64,000 nucleotides of DNA from assembly GCA_035517435.1 (NCBI GenBank), contig DATIYV010000070.1:12898-76897 (forward strand), in the 5' to 3' direction. Each line of letters begins with the position of its first letter. The first letter of the stretch is position 1. This document shows positions 46,713 through 55,232 of this stretch, piece by piece. Source of the stretch: Steroidobacteraceae bacterium. Its GTDB lineage: Bacteria; Pseudomonadota; Gammaproteobacteria; Steroidobacterales; Steroidobacteraceae. Below the pieces are notes generated by a model. It did not search any database, was not told the DNA's origin, and was given only the letters and a program-made list of their open reading frames with translations. The translations under genes were made by a program, and so were the position numbers.

Positions 46713-48020
46713 TTGCGGGTGATTGTAGCGAACCTGCGAGCAGCTGAGTTCGCACAGGACGGCGCAGCGTGTTCGCTATACTGTTCGCGCCCCACGGGTG
46801 CTGGGTCCTTAAGGAGAGCCTCTACGGCGATCACACCGCATGCGGCGGAGCTGGCGATTGCGCAGCACCTCGTGCCCCTGCCGCTCGAAGTGCGGTCGCT
46901 GCAGCAATGCGTCGGTCGGATCCTGCGACAGGACGTTTACGCCGAGCGCGACAATCCGCCCTTTGATCGGGTATGCATGGACGGCATCGCGATCGACAGT
47001 CACGGCGGACCGCGCCGTTCTTTCCTCATCGAGGCGAGTCAGGCGGCAGGCGCACCTCCCGTGACGCTCTCGACAAGTGCGCACGCCATCGAAGTGATGA
47101 CGGGCGCGATCCTGCCGCGCGGTACCGACTGCGTGATTCCGCTCGAGGAGTACGAGCTGCAGCAGGGCACCGTGACCCTCAAGGCCGAAGCCGGCATCAC
47201 GGCCTTTCGCAATGTGCAGCGGCGGGGTTCGGACAGCCAGCCTGGCGTGCCGATGCTGCGCACCGGTACGCGGCTGGGGGCACCGGAGATCGCGGTGGTC
47301 GCCTCCGCGGGACTCGCGCAGGTCAGCGTAAGCGCTCAGCCCGCGATGCGTGTGATCTCGACCGGAGATGAGCTCATCGACCCGGGTCAGCCGATCGCCG
47401 ACTACCAGGTGCGCCGATCGAATGCCTACGCAATCGTGGCGGCGCTTCGCGATCGTGGCTTCACTGAGATCGCGGATGACCACATCCCGGATAACGAGAA
47501 TGCGCTCCTCAATCGGCTGGCGCGCCATCTGGGCGAGGCCAGCGTGCTGATTTTGAGCGGCGGGGTCTCCAAGGGCCGCTTCGATCTCGTGCCTCAGGCG
47601 CTCAAAGAACTCAAGGTTCGCGAAGTCTTCCATCAGGTCGCGCAGCGGCCCGGGATGCCGATGTGGTTCGGTGTGGGATCGCGGCAGCAAACCGTGTTCG
47701 GGCTCCCGGGGAATCCCGTCTCGACACTGATGTGCCTCATCCGCTACGTCGTTCCTGCGCTGCGGACCATGATGGGTGAAACGTTGAATGACCCGGAGCG
47801 GGTCGCACTTGCAGAATCGTTCGCCCTCGCTCGCAAAGCCACCTCATTCGTTCCGGTGCTGCTGCGACACGACGAGCGCGGCGCCTCGACGGCCGTGCCG
47901 AAATCCGCCAGCGGCTCCGGGGATTTTCTCTCGCTCGCGGGAACATCCGGCTTCATCGAGCTGCCGCCTCGGCCGGAGCCGTTCCCGGCCGGCTTCGCGG
48001 CGCGCTTCTACCGTTGGTAG
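46713..48020 (+). CDS. moeA: Molybdopterin molybdenumtransferase; start uncertain
   Basis: PPFDRVCMDGIAI, VISTGDEL, LILSGGVSKGRFD and GLPGNPVS motifs. Homology starts near 46830, but the only canonical in-frame starts are TTG 46713 and GTG 46719. Confidence 0.85.
   Translation: MRVIVANLRAAEFAQDGAACSLYCSRPTGAGSLRRASTAITPHAAELAIAQHLVPLPLEVRSLQQCVGRILRQDVYAERDNPPFDRVCMDGIAIDSHGGPRRSFLIEASQAAGAPPVTLSTSAHAIEVMTGAILPRGTDCVIPLEEYELQQGTVTLKAEAGITAFRNVQRRGSDSQPGVPMLRTGTRLGAPEIAVVASAGLAQVSVSAQPAMRVISTGDELIDPGQPIADYQVRRSNAYAIVAALRDRGFTEIADDHIPDNENALLNRLARHLGEASVLILSGGVSKGRFDLVPQALKELKVREVFHQVAQRPGMPMWFGVGSRQQTVFGLPGNPVSTLMCLIRYVVPALRTMMGETLNDPERVALAESFALARKATSFVPVLLRHDERGASTAVPKSASGSGDFLSLAGTSGFIELPPRPEPFPAGFAARFYRW
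46770..46788. promoter_or_regulatory. Direct repeat TGTTCGC-tatac-TGTTCGC in the kdgK/moeA divergent region
   Basis: GTTCGC also occurs at 46748-46753, and its complement GCGAAC at 46728-46733. That gives four copies of the hexamer within 61 bp. Confidence 0.3.
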
Positions 48021-48577
48021 CGTCGAGGTCTGCGAGCTTGAACTCAACCCGCGTGATCGGCATCGCCGGCTGGAGCGGCTCCGGCAAGACCACGCTGATC
48101 ACGCGCATGATCCCGCTGCTCGTGAAGCGCGGGCTCAAAGTCGCAACCGTAAAGCATGCCCACCACGCCTTCGACGTCGATCAGCCGGGCAAGGATTCAT
48201 ACGAGCATCGCAAGTCGGGTGCAGCGGAAGTCGTCATTTCCTCGGCGCGCCGCTGGGTGCAGATGCACGAGCTCGGCGAGGAGCGCGAGCCAAGCCTGAT
48301 CGAGCTCTTGCGCCGGCTCTCGCCATGCGATGTGGTGTTGGTGGAGGGCTTCAAGCACGAGCGCCATGCGAAGCTCGAAGTGTATCGGCCCTCGCTCGGC
48401 AAGCCGCCTTTGCATACCGATGACTCTCGCATCATTGCGATCGCCAGCGATCAGCCCATCACGGGCGCGCGCGTACCGGTGCTCGATTTGAATAACGTGC
48501 CGAGCATTGCGGGATTTGTGTGCGAGCGTGCGCCCATGATGGAAGATGCCATCGGCGCATTGGAATGCACGCCTTGA
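48014..48577 (+). CDS. mobB: Molybdopterin-guanine dinucleotide biosynthesis adaptor MobB
   Basis: [17 protein letters not shown]-loop and VKHAHH. The likely true start is TTG 48038 or GTG 48053 within this ORF. Confidence 0.85.
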   Translation: MVASRSASLNSTRVIGIAGWSGSGKTTLITRMIPLLVKRGLKVATVKHAHHAFDVDQPGKDSYEHRKSGAAEVVISSARRWVQMHELGEEREPSLIELLRRLSPCDVVLVEGFKHERHAKLEVYRPSLGKPPLHTDDSRIIAIASDQPITGARVPVLDLNNVPSIAGFVCERAPMMEDAIGALECTP

Positions 48578-48668
48578 TGTAGTTTGAATAAACTTTAGGA
48601 AAGAGCTGGAACTAATTGATTAATATATCTTATCGATTAACTTATGAACCACCGTCAGCCGTGAACGG

Positions 48669-48681
48669 GTAGATGATCTAC
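48669..48681. promoter_or_regulatory. 13-bp palindrome upstream of the sulfatase gene
   Basis: GTAGAT-g-ATCTAC, about 95 nt upstream of the sulfatase ATG and downstream of an AT-rich island (48578-48650). Confidence 0.25.
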
Positions 48682-48776
48682 TGCCACCGGCCGCGCCTGC
48701 GCTCGTGGGACCAAAGTCCGATTTCGCCGCCGAGTCCGTCTTCGCAGCATAGGAGCTTCAACGCAGCGGAGGACTC

Positions 48777-51107
48777 ATGGCCGAGAAGAAATTCAGGGGC
48801 GTTATCAAACTGGACGTCAGAGATTCGAAGTCGGACTGGCGTCCGTACGAGTTGCCGCGGGCGCCGAAAGGCGCACCGAACATCCTGATTGTGCTCTACG
48901 ACGATACCGGTCTTGCAGCCTGGTCGCCCTTCGGCGGCCGCATCAACATGCCGACGCTGCAGAAGCTGGCCGACAACGGGCTCATGTATACGCAGTGGCA
49001 TACGACGGCGTTGTGTTCGCCCACGCGTTCGACTTTTCTGACGGGCCGCAATCATCACGTCAATCGCTGCGCCTCCATCACCGAGGGTTCGAACGGATTC
49101 CCGGGCGCCGCAGGACGACTTCCTGCGGAGTGCTGCACGATTGGTCAGGTGCTGCAGGACAATGGCTACAGCACGTACTGGCTCGGCAAGAACCACAACG
49201 TCCCGGAAGAGGACATCTCGAGCGGCGGCTCCAAGTCCGAGTGGCCGCTCGCGAAGGGCTTTGATCGCTACTATGGCTTCCTGGGCGGTGAGACCAACAA
49301 CTGGTATCCCGATCTGGTCGAGGACAATAAATTCATCAATCAGCCCTACGGACCGGACAAGGGCTATCACCTCTCGAAAGACCTGGCCGACCAGGCCCTG
49401 AAGCTCATCAGCGACCAGAAGGCGAGCAATCCCAGCAAGCCGTGGTTCATGTGGTTCTGCCCTGGCGCCAATCATGCACCCCACCACAGCCCCAAGGAAT
49501 ACGCCGACAAGTACAAGGGCAAGTTCGACGACGGATATGAGGCGTACCGCGAGTGGGTGCTCGACCGAATGATCAAGAAGGGCGTGATGCCCAAGGGCAC
49601 CAAGCTCACGCCGATCAATCCTCAGCCCGAGGACGTCGCCAAGACCGCGCCGGGCGATATGGTGCGCCCGTGGGCCTCTCTGAATGCGGATGAGAAGAAG
49701 CTGTTCGCGCGCATGGCCGAGGTCTACGCCGGCTTCTCGGAATACACCGATGCGCAGGTCGGCCGCATCGTCGAGTACCTGGAGCGCACCGGTCAGCTGG
49801 ACAACACGATCATCTTCTACTGCGCGGACAACGGCGCCTCGGGGGAAGGCAGTCCGAATGGCTCAGTGAACGAGAACAAGTTCTTCAATGGCTATCCGGA
49901 TGAGCTCGCGGAAAATCTCAAGCTGCTCGACGGTCTGGGCGGCACCGCCACCTACAATCACTATCCCACGGGTTGGGCGGTGGCATTCAGCACGCCGTTT
50001 CAGATGTTCAAGCGCTACTCGCAGTACGCTGGTGGCACCTGCTGTCCGCTCGTCATCCACTGGCCCAAGGGCATCAAGGCGAAGGGTCAGATCCGTCATC
50101 AGTATCATCATTCCAATGACATCGTGCCGACGATCCTCGATGTCGTGGGGCTGAAGATGCCGACGGTCTACCGGGGCGTGAAGCAGTATCCGGTCAATGG
50201 CGTGTCGATGAAATATAGCTTTGCCTCGGCCAACGCCAAGACGAAAAAGAAGCATCAGTATTACTCAATGCTGGGCACGCGCGGCATGTGGCAGAACGGC
50301 TGGAAGGCCGTGGCCCTGCATGCCCCGATCAGCGGTGCCGGTCATTTCGACAAGGACAGGTGGGAGCTCTACCATGTCGACAAGGATCGCGCCGAATCGG
50401 AAAACCTGGCGGCGAAATATCCCGCGAAGCTCAAGAGCCTCATCAAGCTCTGGTTTGATGAGGCCAGGAAGAACCTCGTGCTGCCGCTCGATGACCGCTC
50501 GGCCGTGGAGATGCTGAATACGCCGCGACCGGAACCCGAGCCACCGCGCACGCGCTACGTCTATTACCCCGGAACCTCGCCAGTGCCTGAAGGCGTGGCA
50601 GTGAATATCCGCGGCCGCAATTACAAGATCATCGCGGACGTCGACATCACGGATAAGGCCTCCGGTGTAATCTTTGCGCACGGGTCGCGCTTTGGGGGGC
50701 ACGCGCTGTTCCTCAAGGATCAGAAGCTGCACTACGTCTACAACTTCCTGGGAATTGGCTCACCTCAGGAGTTTGTCTCGGAGAAGCTCACCGCCGGCAA
50801 GCATGCGCTCGGCATGGAGTTCACGCGCGAGAAAGCCGGCAAATATGGTGAGTCCCTGGGCACGACCAAGCTGTATGTCGATGAAGCAGTGGTGAAGAGC
50901 GGGCCGATGAAGGCGCAGGTCGGCAAGTTCACGCTCTCGGGCGATGGCCTGTGCATCGGCTTCGACAGCGGCGATAACGTGAGTCAGGACTACATCACGC
51001 CCGGAGACTTCACCGGCGGCACGATCCTGGGAGTTGGCGTGGACGTGAGCGCGGAATCCTACCTCGATCTCGAGAAAGAGGCGGCCGGAGCATTGGCGCG
51101 CGACTGA
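48777..51107 (+). CDS. Arylsulfatase (Cys-type, formylglycine-dependent), no signal peptide
   Basis: ILIVLYDDTGLAAW metal site and the CSPTRSTFLTGR sulfatase signature. 776 aa with a C-terminal extension. Confidence 0.9.
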   Translation: MAEKKFRGVIKLDVRDSKSDWRPYELPRAPKGAPNILIVLYDDTGLAAWSPFGGRINMPTLQKLADNGLMYTQWHTTALCSPTRSTFLTGRNHHVNRCASITEGSNGFPGAAGRLPAECCTIGQVLQDNGYSTYWLGKNHNVPEEDISSGGSKSEWPLAKGFDRYYGFLGGETNNWYPDLVEDNKFINQPYGPDKGYHLSKDLADQALKLISDQKASNPSKPWFMWFCPGANHAPHHSPKEYADKYKGKFDDGYEAYREWVLDRMIKKGVMPKGTKLTPINPQPEDVAKTAPGDMVRPWASLNADEKKLFARMAEVYAGFSEYTDAQVGRIVEYLERTGQLDNTIIFYCADNGASGEGSPNGSVNENKFFNGYPDELAENLKLLDGLGGTATYNHYPTGWAVAFSTPFQMFKRYSQYAGGTCCPLVIHWPKGIKAKGQIRHQYHHSNDIVPTILDVVGLKMPTVYRGVKQYPVNGVSMKYSFASANAKTKKKHQYYSMLGTRGMWQNGWKAVALHAPISGAGHFDKDRWELYHVDKDRAESENLAAKYPAKLKSLIKLWFDEARKNLVLPLDDRSAVEMLNTPRPEPEPPRTRYVYYPGTSPVPEGVAVNIRGRNYKIIADVDITDKASGVIFAHGSRFGGHALFLKDQKLHYVYNFLGIGSPQEFVSEKLTAGKHALGMEFTREKAGKYGESLGTTKLYVDEAVVKSGPMKAQVGKFTLSGDGLCIGFDSGDNVSQDYITPGDFTGGTILGVGVDVSAESYLDLEKEAAGALARD

Positions 51108-51136
51108 GGCCGGCGTCATCGACGGACGCGGGGTAG

Positions 51137-51166
51137 GCCGATGACTACGCTGGCGTAGTCATCGGC
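51137..51166 (+). terminator. Perfect 13-bp stem / 4-nt loop hairpin downstream of the sulfatase gene
   Basis: GCCGATGACTACG-ctgg-CGTAGTCATCGGC, 30 nt after the sulfatase stop, followed by a weak T-run (gcgcgcgTCTTTCT). Confidence 0.5.
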
Positions 51167-51264
51167 GCGCGTCTTTCTGCGGGCAGGGGACGATTCAGCG
51201 CACACGCGCCGGTCCGGATAATCGATGGTGTATGTCACTATCGAAATCACATGAGGACCGCGCC

Positions 51265-51657
51265 ATGAAGAAACTCGTCTGTGCCATTGCGCTGGGGCTG
51301 TGCGCCCTCGCGTATCGCGTGCCATCGATCGCCGCCGATGTGGGCTTCTCGCTGAATGTCGGCGAGCCCGGGTTCTTCGGCCAGATCGATGTGGGCGACG
51401 CGCCGAAACCGGAGCTCGTCTATCCGCGCGCGGTCGTCGTGCATCCGGAGCCGCAGTTCGCCTCGGCTCCGCCGGTGTACCTGCATGTGCGTCCGGGCTA
51501 TGAGAAGCACTGGAGCAGGCATTGCTCGGAATACCACGCCTGCGGACGGCCGGTCTATTTCGTGCGCGATGACTGGTACAACAAGGTGTATGTGCCGCAC
51601 TACCACCACGAGCACGCTGACCACCACGACCATGATCGGGACCACGACGGTCGCTAG
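51265..51657 (+). CDS. Exported hypothetical protein with His-rich C-terminus
   Basis: MKKLVCAIALGLCALAYRVPSIAAD signal peptide at an internal ATG of ORF 51232-51657. Tail HYHHEHADHHDHDRDHDGR, and a Cys pair HCSEYHACG. Confidence 0.55.
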   Translation: MKKLVCAIALGLCALAYRVPSIAADVGFSLNVGEPGFFGQIDVGDAPKPELVYPRAVVVHPEPQFASAPPVYLHVRPGYEKHWSRHCSEYHACGRPVYFVRDDWYNKVYVPHYHHEHADHHDHDRDHDGR

Positions 51658-51670
51658 AGGATGAAGCGAC

Positions 51671-51702
51671 GTCCGGTCGGGCGATGTCTCGCCCGACCGG
51701 AC
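51671..51702 (+). terminator. Perfect 14-bp GC-rich stem / 4-nt loop hairpin between the His-rich protein gene and the DUF1059 gene
   Basis: GTCCGGTCGGGCGA-tgtc-TCGCCCGACCGGAC. No U-tract follows, so it could be a terminator, attenuator or RNA-stability element. Confidence 0.4.
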
Positions 51703-51723
51703 TCGCGGGGAAGGGATCAGACG

Positions 51724-51933
51724 ATGAAATTCATGACCTGCCGTGAGCTCGGTGGACCGTGCGATGAGAAGCTATCGGCATCGAGCTGGACTGAGATGGT
51801 CAAGACCATGACGCAGCACGTGATCGAGCAGCATCCGGACACAGCGAAGGCCATGGAGAAGATGCACAACGAGGACCCCAGGCGCTGGGCGCGGGAGATG
51901 AGGCCCAAGTGGGAGCGCAAGCCTGAAAGCTAG
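51724..51933 (+). CDS. DUF1059-family small protein
   Basis: MKFMTCRELGGPCDEKL... matches the DUF1059 N-terminal pattern (M..C.dlG.dCd) as I recall it. Internal ATG of ORF 51661-51933. Confidence 0.65.
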   Translation: MKFMTCRELGGPCDEKLSASSWTEMVKTMTQHVIEQHPDTAKAMEKMHNEDPRRWAREMRPKWERKPES

Positions 51934-53411
51934 TGGTGCATAGTCGCCAGGGCTGCGGCATCCAGATGCGCAATCGAGCGCGTATCCTGGAACGCCCGCA
52001 CGCCCTCGATGCCCTGCTCACGGCCGATGCCCGAGGACTTCATGCCGCCGAAGGGAGCGCGCAGGTCGAGCCGGGTCGCGCCGTGATCGTTCACCCAGAC
52101 ATAACCGCAGACCATCTGACCGCCTACGCGGTCTGCGGTCTTCGGATCAGACGTCCACACGGAGCCCGCCAGGCCGGCCCAGGTGTCATTCGCCATGCGA
52201 ATGGCTTCCTCTTCGGTCTCGAAGGGAATGATCGGAATCACCGGACCGAACTGCTCTTCGGTCACGATGCGCAGACTCAACTTGGGATTGATGACGATGG
52301 CCGGACGGACGAAGTTACCGCCTTTCATATCCCCGCCCGGCAGCTCGCCGAACTCCAGCACCTTCGCCCCTGAATCCTTCGCTTCACGCACCAGAGCGTC
52401 GACGAAGGCTTTCTGCGTCGGTGAATGCAACGGCCCCATGGTCGTGTCTTTGTCGAGCCCGTAGCCGAGCTTGACCTTCTGCAGTCGCGCCGAGAGCCCC
52501 TGGACCACCTCATCGACGCGGGACTTGTGGACGAACAGACGCTTCGCGTTCATGCAGATCTGACCGGTGGTGTCGTAAATCGCCGCGAACAGCCGATCCA
52601 GATGCACGTCATCGATGATCGCGTCTTTGAGCACAATCGCCGCATCGTTGCCGCCGAGTTCGAGCGTCACGCGCGTGAGGCTGTGGGCGGCGAGCTCCAT
52701 CATCTTCTTGCCGCCGTTCACCGAGCCGGTGAAACAGACCTTGGCCACGTCCGGATTGCGGATCAGTGCGCTCATATTGGCATCCGGACCCGTGACGACA
52801 TTGAGTACACCGGGCGGAAGCTGTTTGGCGATGCGCTCGACGACGCGCGTCGTGGCAAGCGGCGCCGTCAACGGCGGCTTCACGATGACCGTGTTACCGG
52901 CGAGCAGCGCATGCGGCAGCGCTGCGCCGAGGATCGCGATCGGCCAGTTGAATGGCACGATGATGCTGACTACGCCCAGCGGCTGGTAGGCGACGGTGGT
53001 CTGCACCGGAATGGCTCCGGGGATCGGCGCCAGCACCTTCGATGCGTTGACTTCGTCGGCGTGGTGCAGCGCGAGCTTCCAGCGCAGCTCGAGCACGAGA
53101 GAGTCGATCCAGGCTTCGAAGCGGATCTTGCCGTTCTCCTGCGACAGGATGGCGGCATCGGCATCGCGGTTCTCGGCGATGCCGGCGAGCGCGGCCAGCA
53201 TTTTCTCGGCGCGCTGCTGCGGAGACAGGGCGGCCCAGGCGGGGTACGCGGCCTTGGCGGCGGCTACTGCATCAGTCACATCCTGCGCGGTCGCGGAGGC
53301 GGCATAGCCCACCACCACACCGGGCTTGGCGGGATCGGCGATGGCCATCTTGTCCTTGGTCTGGCGTTCCTTGCCCCCGATATACAAAGGAGTGGTGACT
53401 GAGTCTGACAT
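51930..53411 (-). CDS. NAD(P)-dependent aldehyde dehydrogenase (paralogue 1)
   Basis: LELGGNDAAIV (catalytic Glu), TTGQICMNAKRL (catalytic Cys), and EEQFGPV. Confidence 0.9.
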   Translation of the reverse strand: MSDSVTTPLYIGGKERQTKDKMAIADPAKPGVVVGYAASATAQDVTDAVAAAKAAYPAWAALSPQQRAEKMLAALAGIAENRDADAAILSQENGKIRFEAWIDSLVLELRWKLALHHADEVNASKVLAPIPGAIPVQTTVAYQPLGVVSIIVPFNWPIAILGAALPHALLAGNTVIVKPPLTAPLATTRVVERIAKQLPPGVLNVVTGPDANMSALIRNPDVAKVCFTGSVNGGKKMMELAAHSLTRVTLELGGNDAAIVLKDAIIDDVHLDRLFAAIYDTTGQICMNAKRLFVHKSRVDEVVQGLSARLQKVKLGYGLDKDTTMGPLHSPTQKAFVDALVREAKDSGAKVLEFGELPGGDMKGGNFVRPAIVINPKLSLRIVTEEQFGPVIPIIPFETEEEAIRMANDTWAGLAGSVWTSDPKTADRVGGQMVCGYVWVNDHGATRLDLRAPFGGMKSSGIGREQGIEGVRAFQDTRSIAHLDAAALATMHH

Positions 53412-53557
53412 GGGGCGCTACCTCGTTATTTCCCGCACCTGCGGAATCGGCGATCGCGGGAGGTTAACCTGATTGGCGGTCCGCCGAATAGATCGCGCCG
53501 AGCAAGACGAACGGTCAGGTCGAGCAAAATCAGCCGCTTAGAACGCGGCAGGGGGCG

Positions 53558-54985
53558 CTACCTGGCGATATTGATGATCTTCGCCTGCGTGAATTCTTCG
53601 AGGCCTTCCTGGCCCAGTTCCCGGCCAAAGCCCGACTGCTTGGCCCCGCCGAAGGGTACATCGGGCTGCAGGTCCAGGTGCTTGTTCACCCACACCGTGC
53701 CGGAGTCGATCTTGAGGGCGACTTCGGTGGCGCGTTGCGGGTCCTTGGACCACACCGTGGCACCCAGGCCGTACTCCGTAGCGTTGGCCCGAGCGATGGC
53801 ATCGTTCAGGTCCGAATAGCGCAGCACCGGCAGGATCGGTCCGAACTGCTCCTCGCGCACCAGCCGTGTGTCATCGGCGATGTCGCGAACGATCGTGGGT
53901 CGGATGAAGTAGCCGGGACCTTTCACCGGCGTACCGCCGGCGATGATCTTGCCGTGCGCGCGCGCGTCGGCGATATAGCCCTGCACCTTGTCGAACTGGG
54001 CCTTATTCTGCAGCGGACCGTACTGGCTGCCGGCCGTGAGGCCATCCCCGACCACGGCGGCCTCCGCCAGCCGCGCCAGTTCGGCACACAGCTCCTCGTA
54101 GATCGAATCCGGGGCGTAGACGCGCTTGATCGCCAGGCACACCTGACCGGTGTTGACCATCGCTCCGGCAAAGATCTTCGGTGCGATTTCCTTCGGATCG
54201 ACATCGTCCAGCACGATCGCCGCATCGTTGCCGCCGAGTTCGAGCGTGAGGCGCTTGAGTGTGCTGGCGACGCTCGCCATCACTTTTCTGCCGGTGGCGG
54301 TTGAGCCGGTGAAGGCCACCTTGGCGATGTCCGGGTGGCTGGTGAGCGCCGAGCCGAGATCGTTCTGGTCCGCGATCACGTTGACGACCCCGGCCGGCAA
54401 CAGCTCGGCACACAGCTCCCCGAAGCGCAATGTGGTCAGCGGCGTGCTCGGGGCAGGCTTGACCACCAGTGTGTCGCCGGCCAGCAGCGCCGGCCCCACT
54501 TTGATCATCAGCAGGATGAGCGGGAAGTTCCAGGGCGTGATGGCGGCGACGACGCCCAGCGGCACGCGCTGCTGCAGCACGCGGGTGCTCTCGGTCTCTT
54601 TCAGGACCTTCACCGGGAGGTCCATCCCCGCAAAGGTGCGCAGCATCGCGACCGAACCTGCGACCTCGCCGAACGCCTGTGGCAGGGGCTTGCCCTGCTC
54701 CTGCGTCAAAAGTCGCGCAAATTCCTCGCTCTTTGCGCTCAGTGCATCCGCGAGCTTCAGGAGCAACGCGCCACGCTCGCGTAAGGGGCGGGCACTCCAG
54801 GTGCCAAAGGCGGATTTTGCTGCCGCGACGGCTTGGTTCAACTGCGCGACATCGGCCCGCGGGCACAGCGCCAGCACCCGCTCGGTGGCGGGATTGATGA
54901 CCTCGAAAGACGAGGCTCCGGGGACCAGCCGGCCTCCAATCAGGAGGCGGTAATCGCGGGTCGATGGCTGTAATTCTGCGTTCAT
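53558..54985 (-). CDS. NAD(P)-dependent aldehyde dehydrogenase (paralogue 2)
   Basis: LELGGNDAAIV, NTGQVCLAIKRV and EEQFGPILPV. Start taken at ATG 54985 (MNAELQ...) inside ORF 53558-55039. Confidence 0.9.
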   Translation of the reverse strand: MNAELQPSTRDYRLLIGGRLVPGASSFEVINPATERVLALCPRADVAQLNQAVAAAKSAFGTWSARPLRERGALLLKLADALSAKSEEFARLLTQEQGKPLPQAFGEVAGSVAMLRTFAGMDLPVKVLKETESTRVLQQRVPLGVVAAITPWNFPLILLMIKVGPALLAGDTLVVKPAPSTPLTTLRFGELCAELLPAGVVNVIADQNDLGSALTSHPDIAKVAFTGSTATGRKVMASVASTLKRLTLELGGNDAAIVLDDVDPKEIAPKIFAGAMVNTGQVCLAIKRVYAPDSIYEELCAELARLAEAAVVGDGLTAGSQYGPLQNKAQFDKVQGYIADARAHGKIIAGGTPVKGPGYFIRPTIVRDIADDTRLVREEQFGPILPVLRYSDLNDAIARANATEYGLGATVWSKDPQRATEVALKIDSGTVWVNKHLDLQPDVPFGGAKQSGFGRELGQEGLEEFTQAKIINIAR

Positions 54986-55232
54986 GCGGGGCTCCGCGTA
55001 ACCATGACGTGCCGGCCGGGGTCGGGTCAACTTTTGCATTCGCTATATTCTAATAGATATATCGAGCCCCCGCCTCAAGCTATCCGCCGCTCTGCCGATA
55101 CGCTGCTTGACCTGGATCCCGCGCAATGCGTTGCCGTGGGAAAGGGAGAGGCGCTTCAGCCCCGGGTCGACGGAGCTGCGGAGTACCTCGTGCCCCGAAC
55201 TGCATCGTGCCTCTCCGTGCCGGAGGCATCCC

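Noticed and set aside
46710-46830. Possible Moco riboswitch upstream of moeA.
   Set aside because: I could not recognise the conserved Moco-motif stems or loops by eye; only a simple GCGAAC/GTTCGC stem and direct repeats are visible. A covariance-model scan (Rfam RF01055) would be decisive.
51116-51325. 69-aa minus-strand ORF downstream of the sulfatase gene.
   Set aside because: It spans the 13-bp-stem hairpin and the start of the His-rich protein gene on the other strand. It is most likely non-coding.
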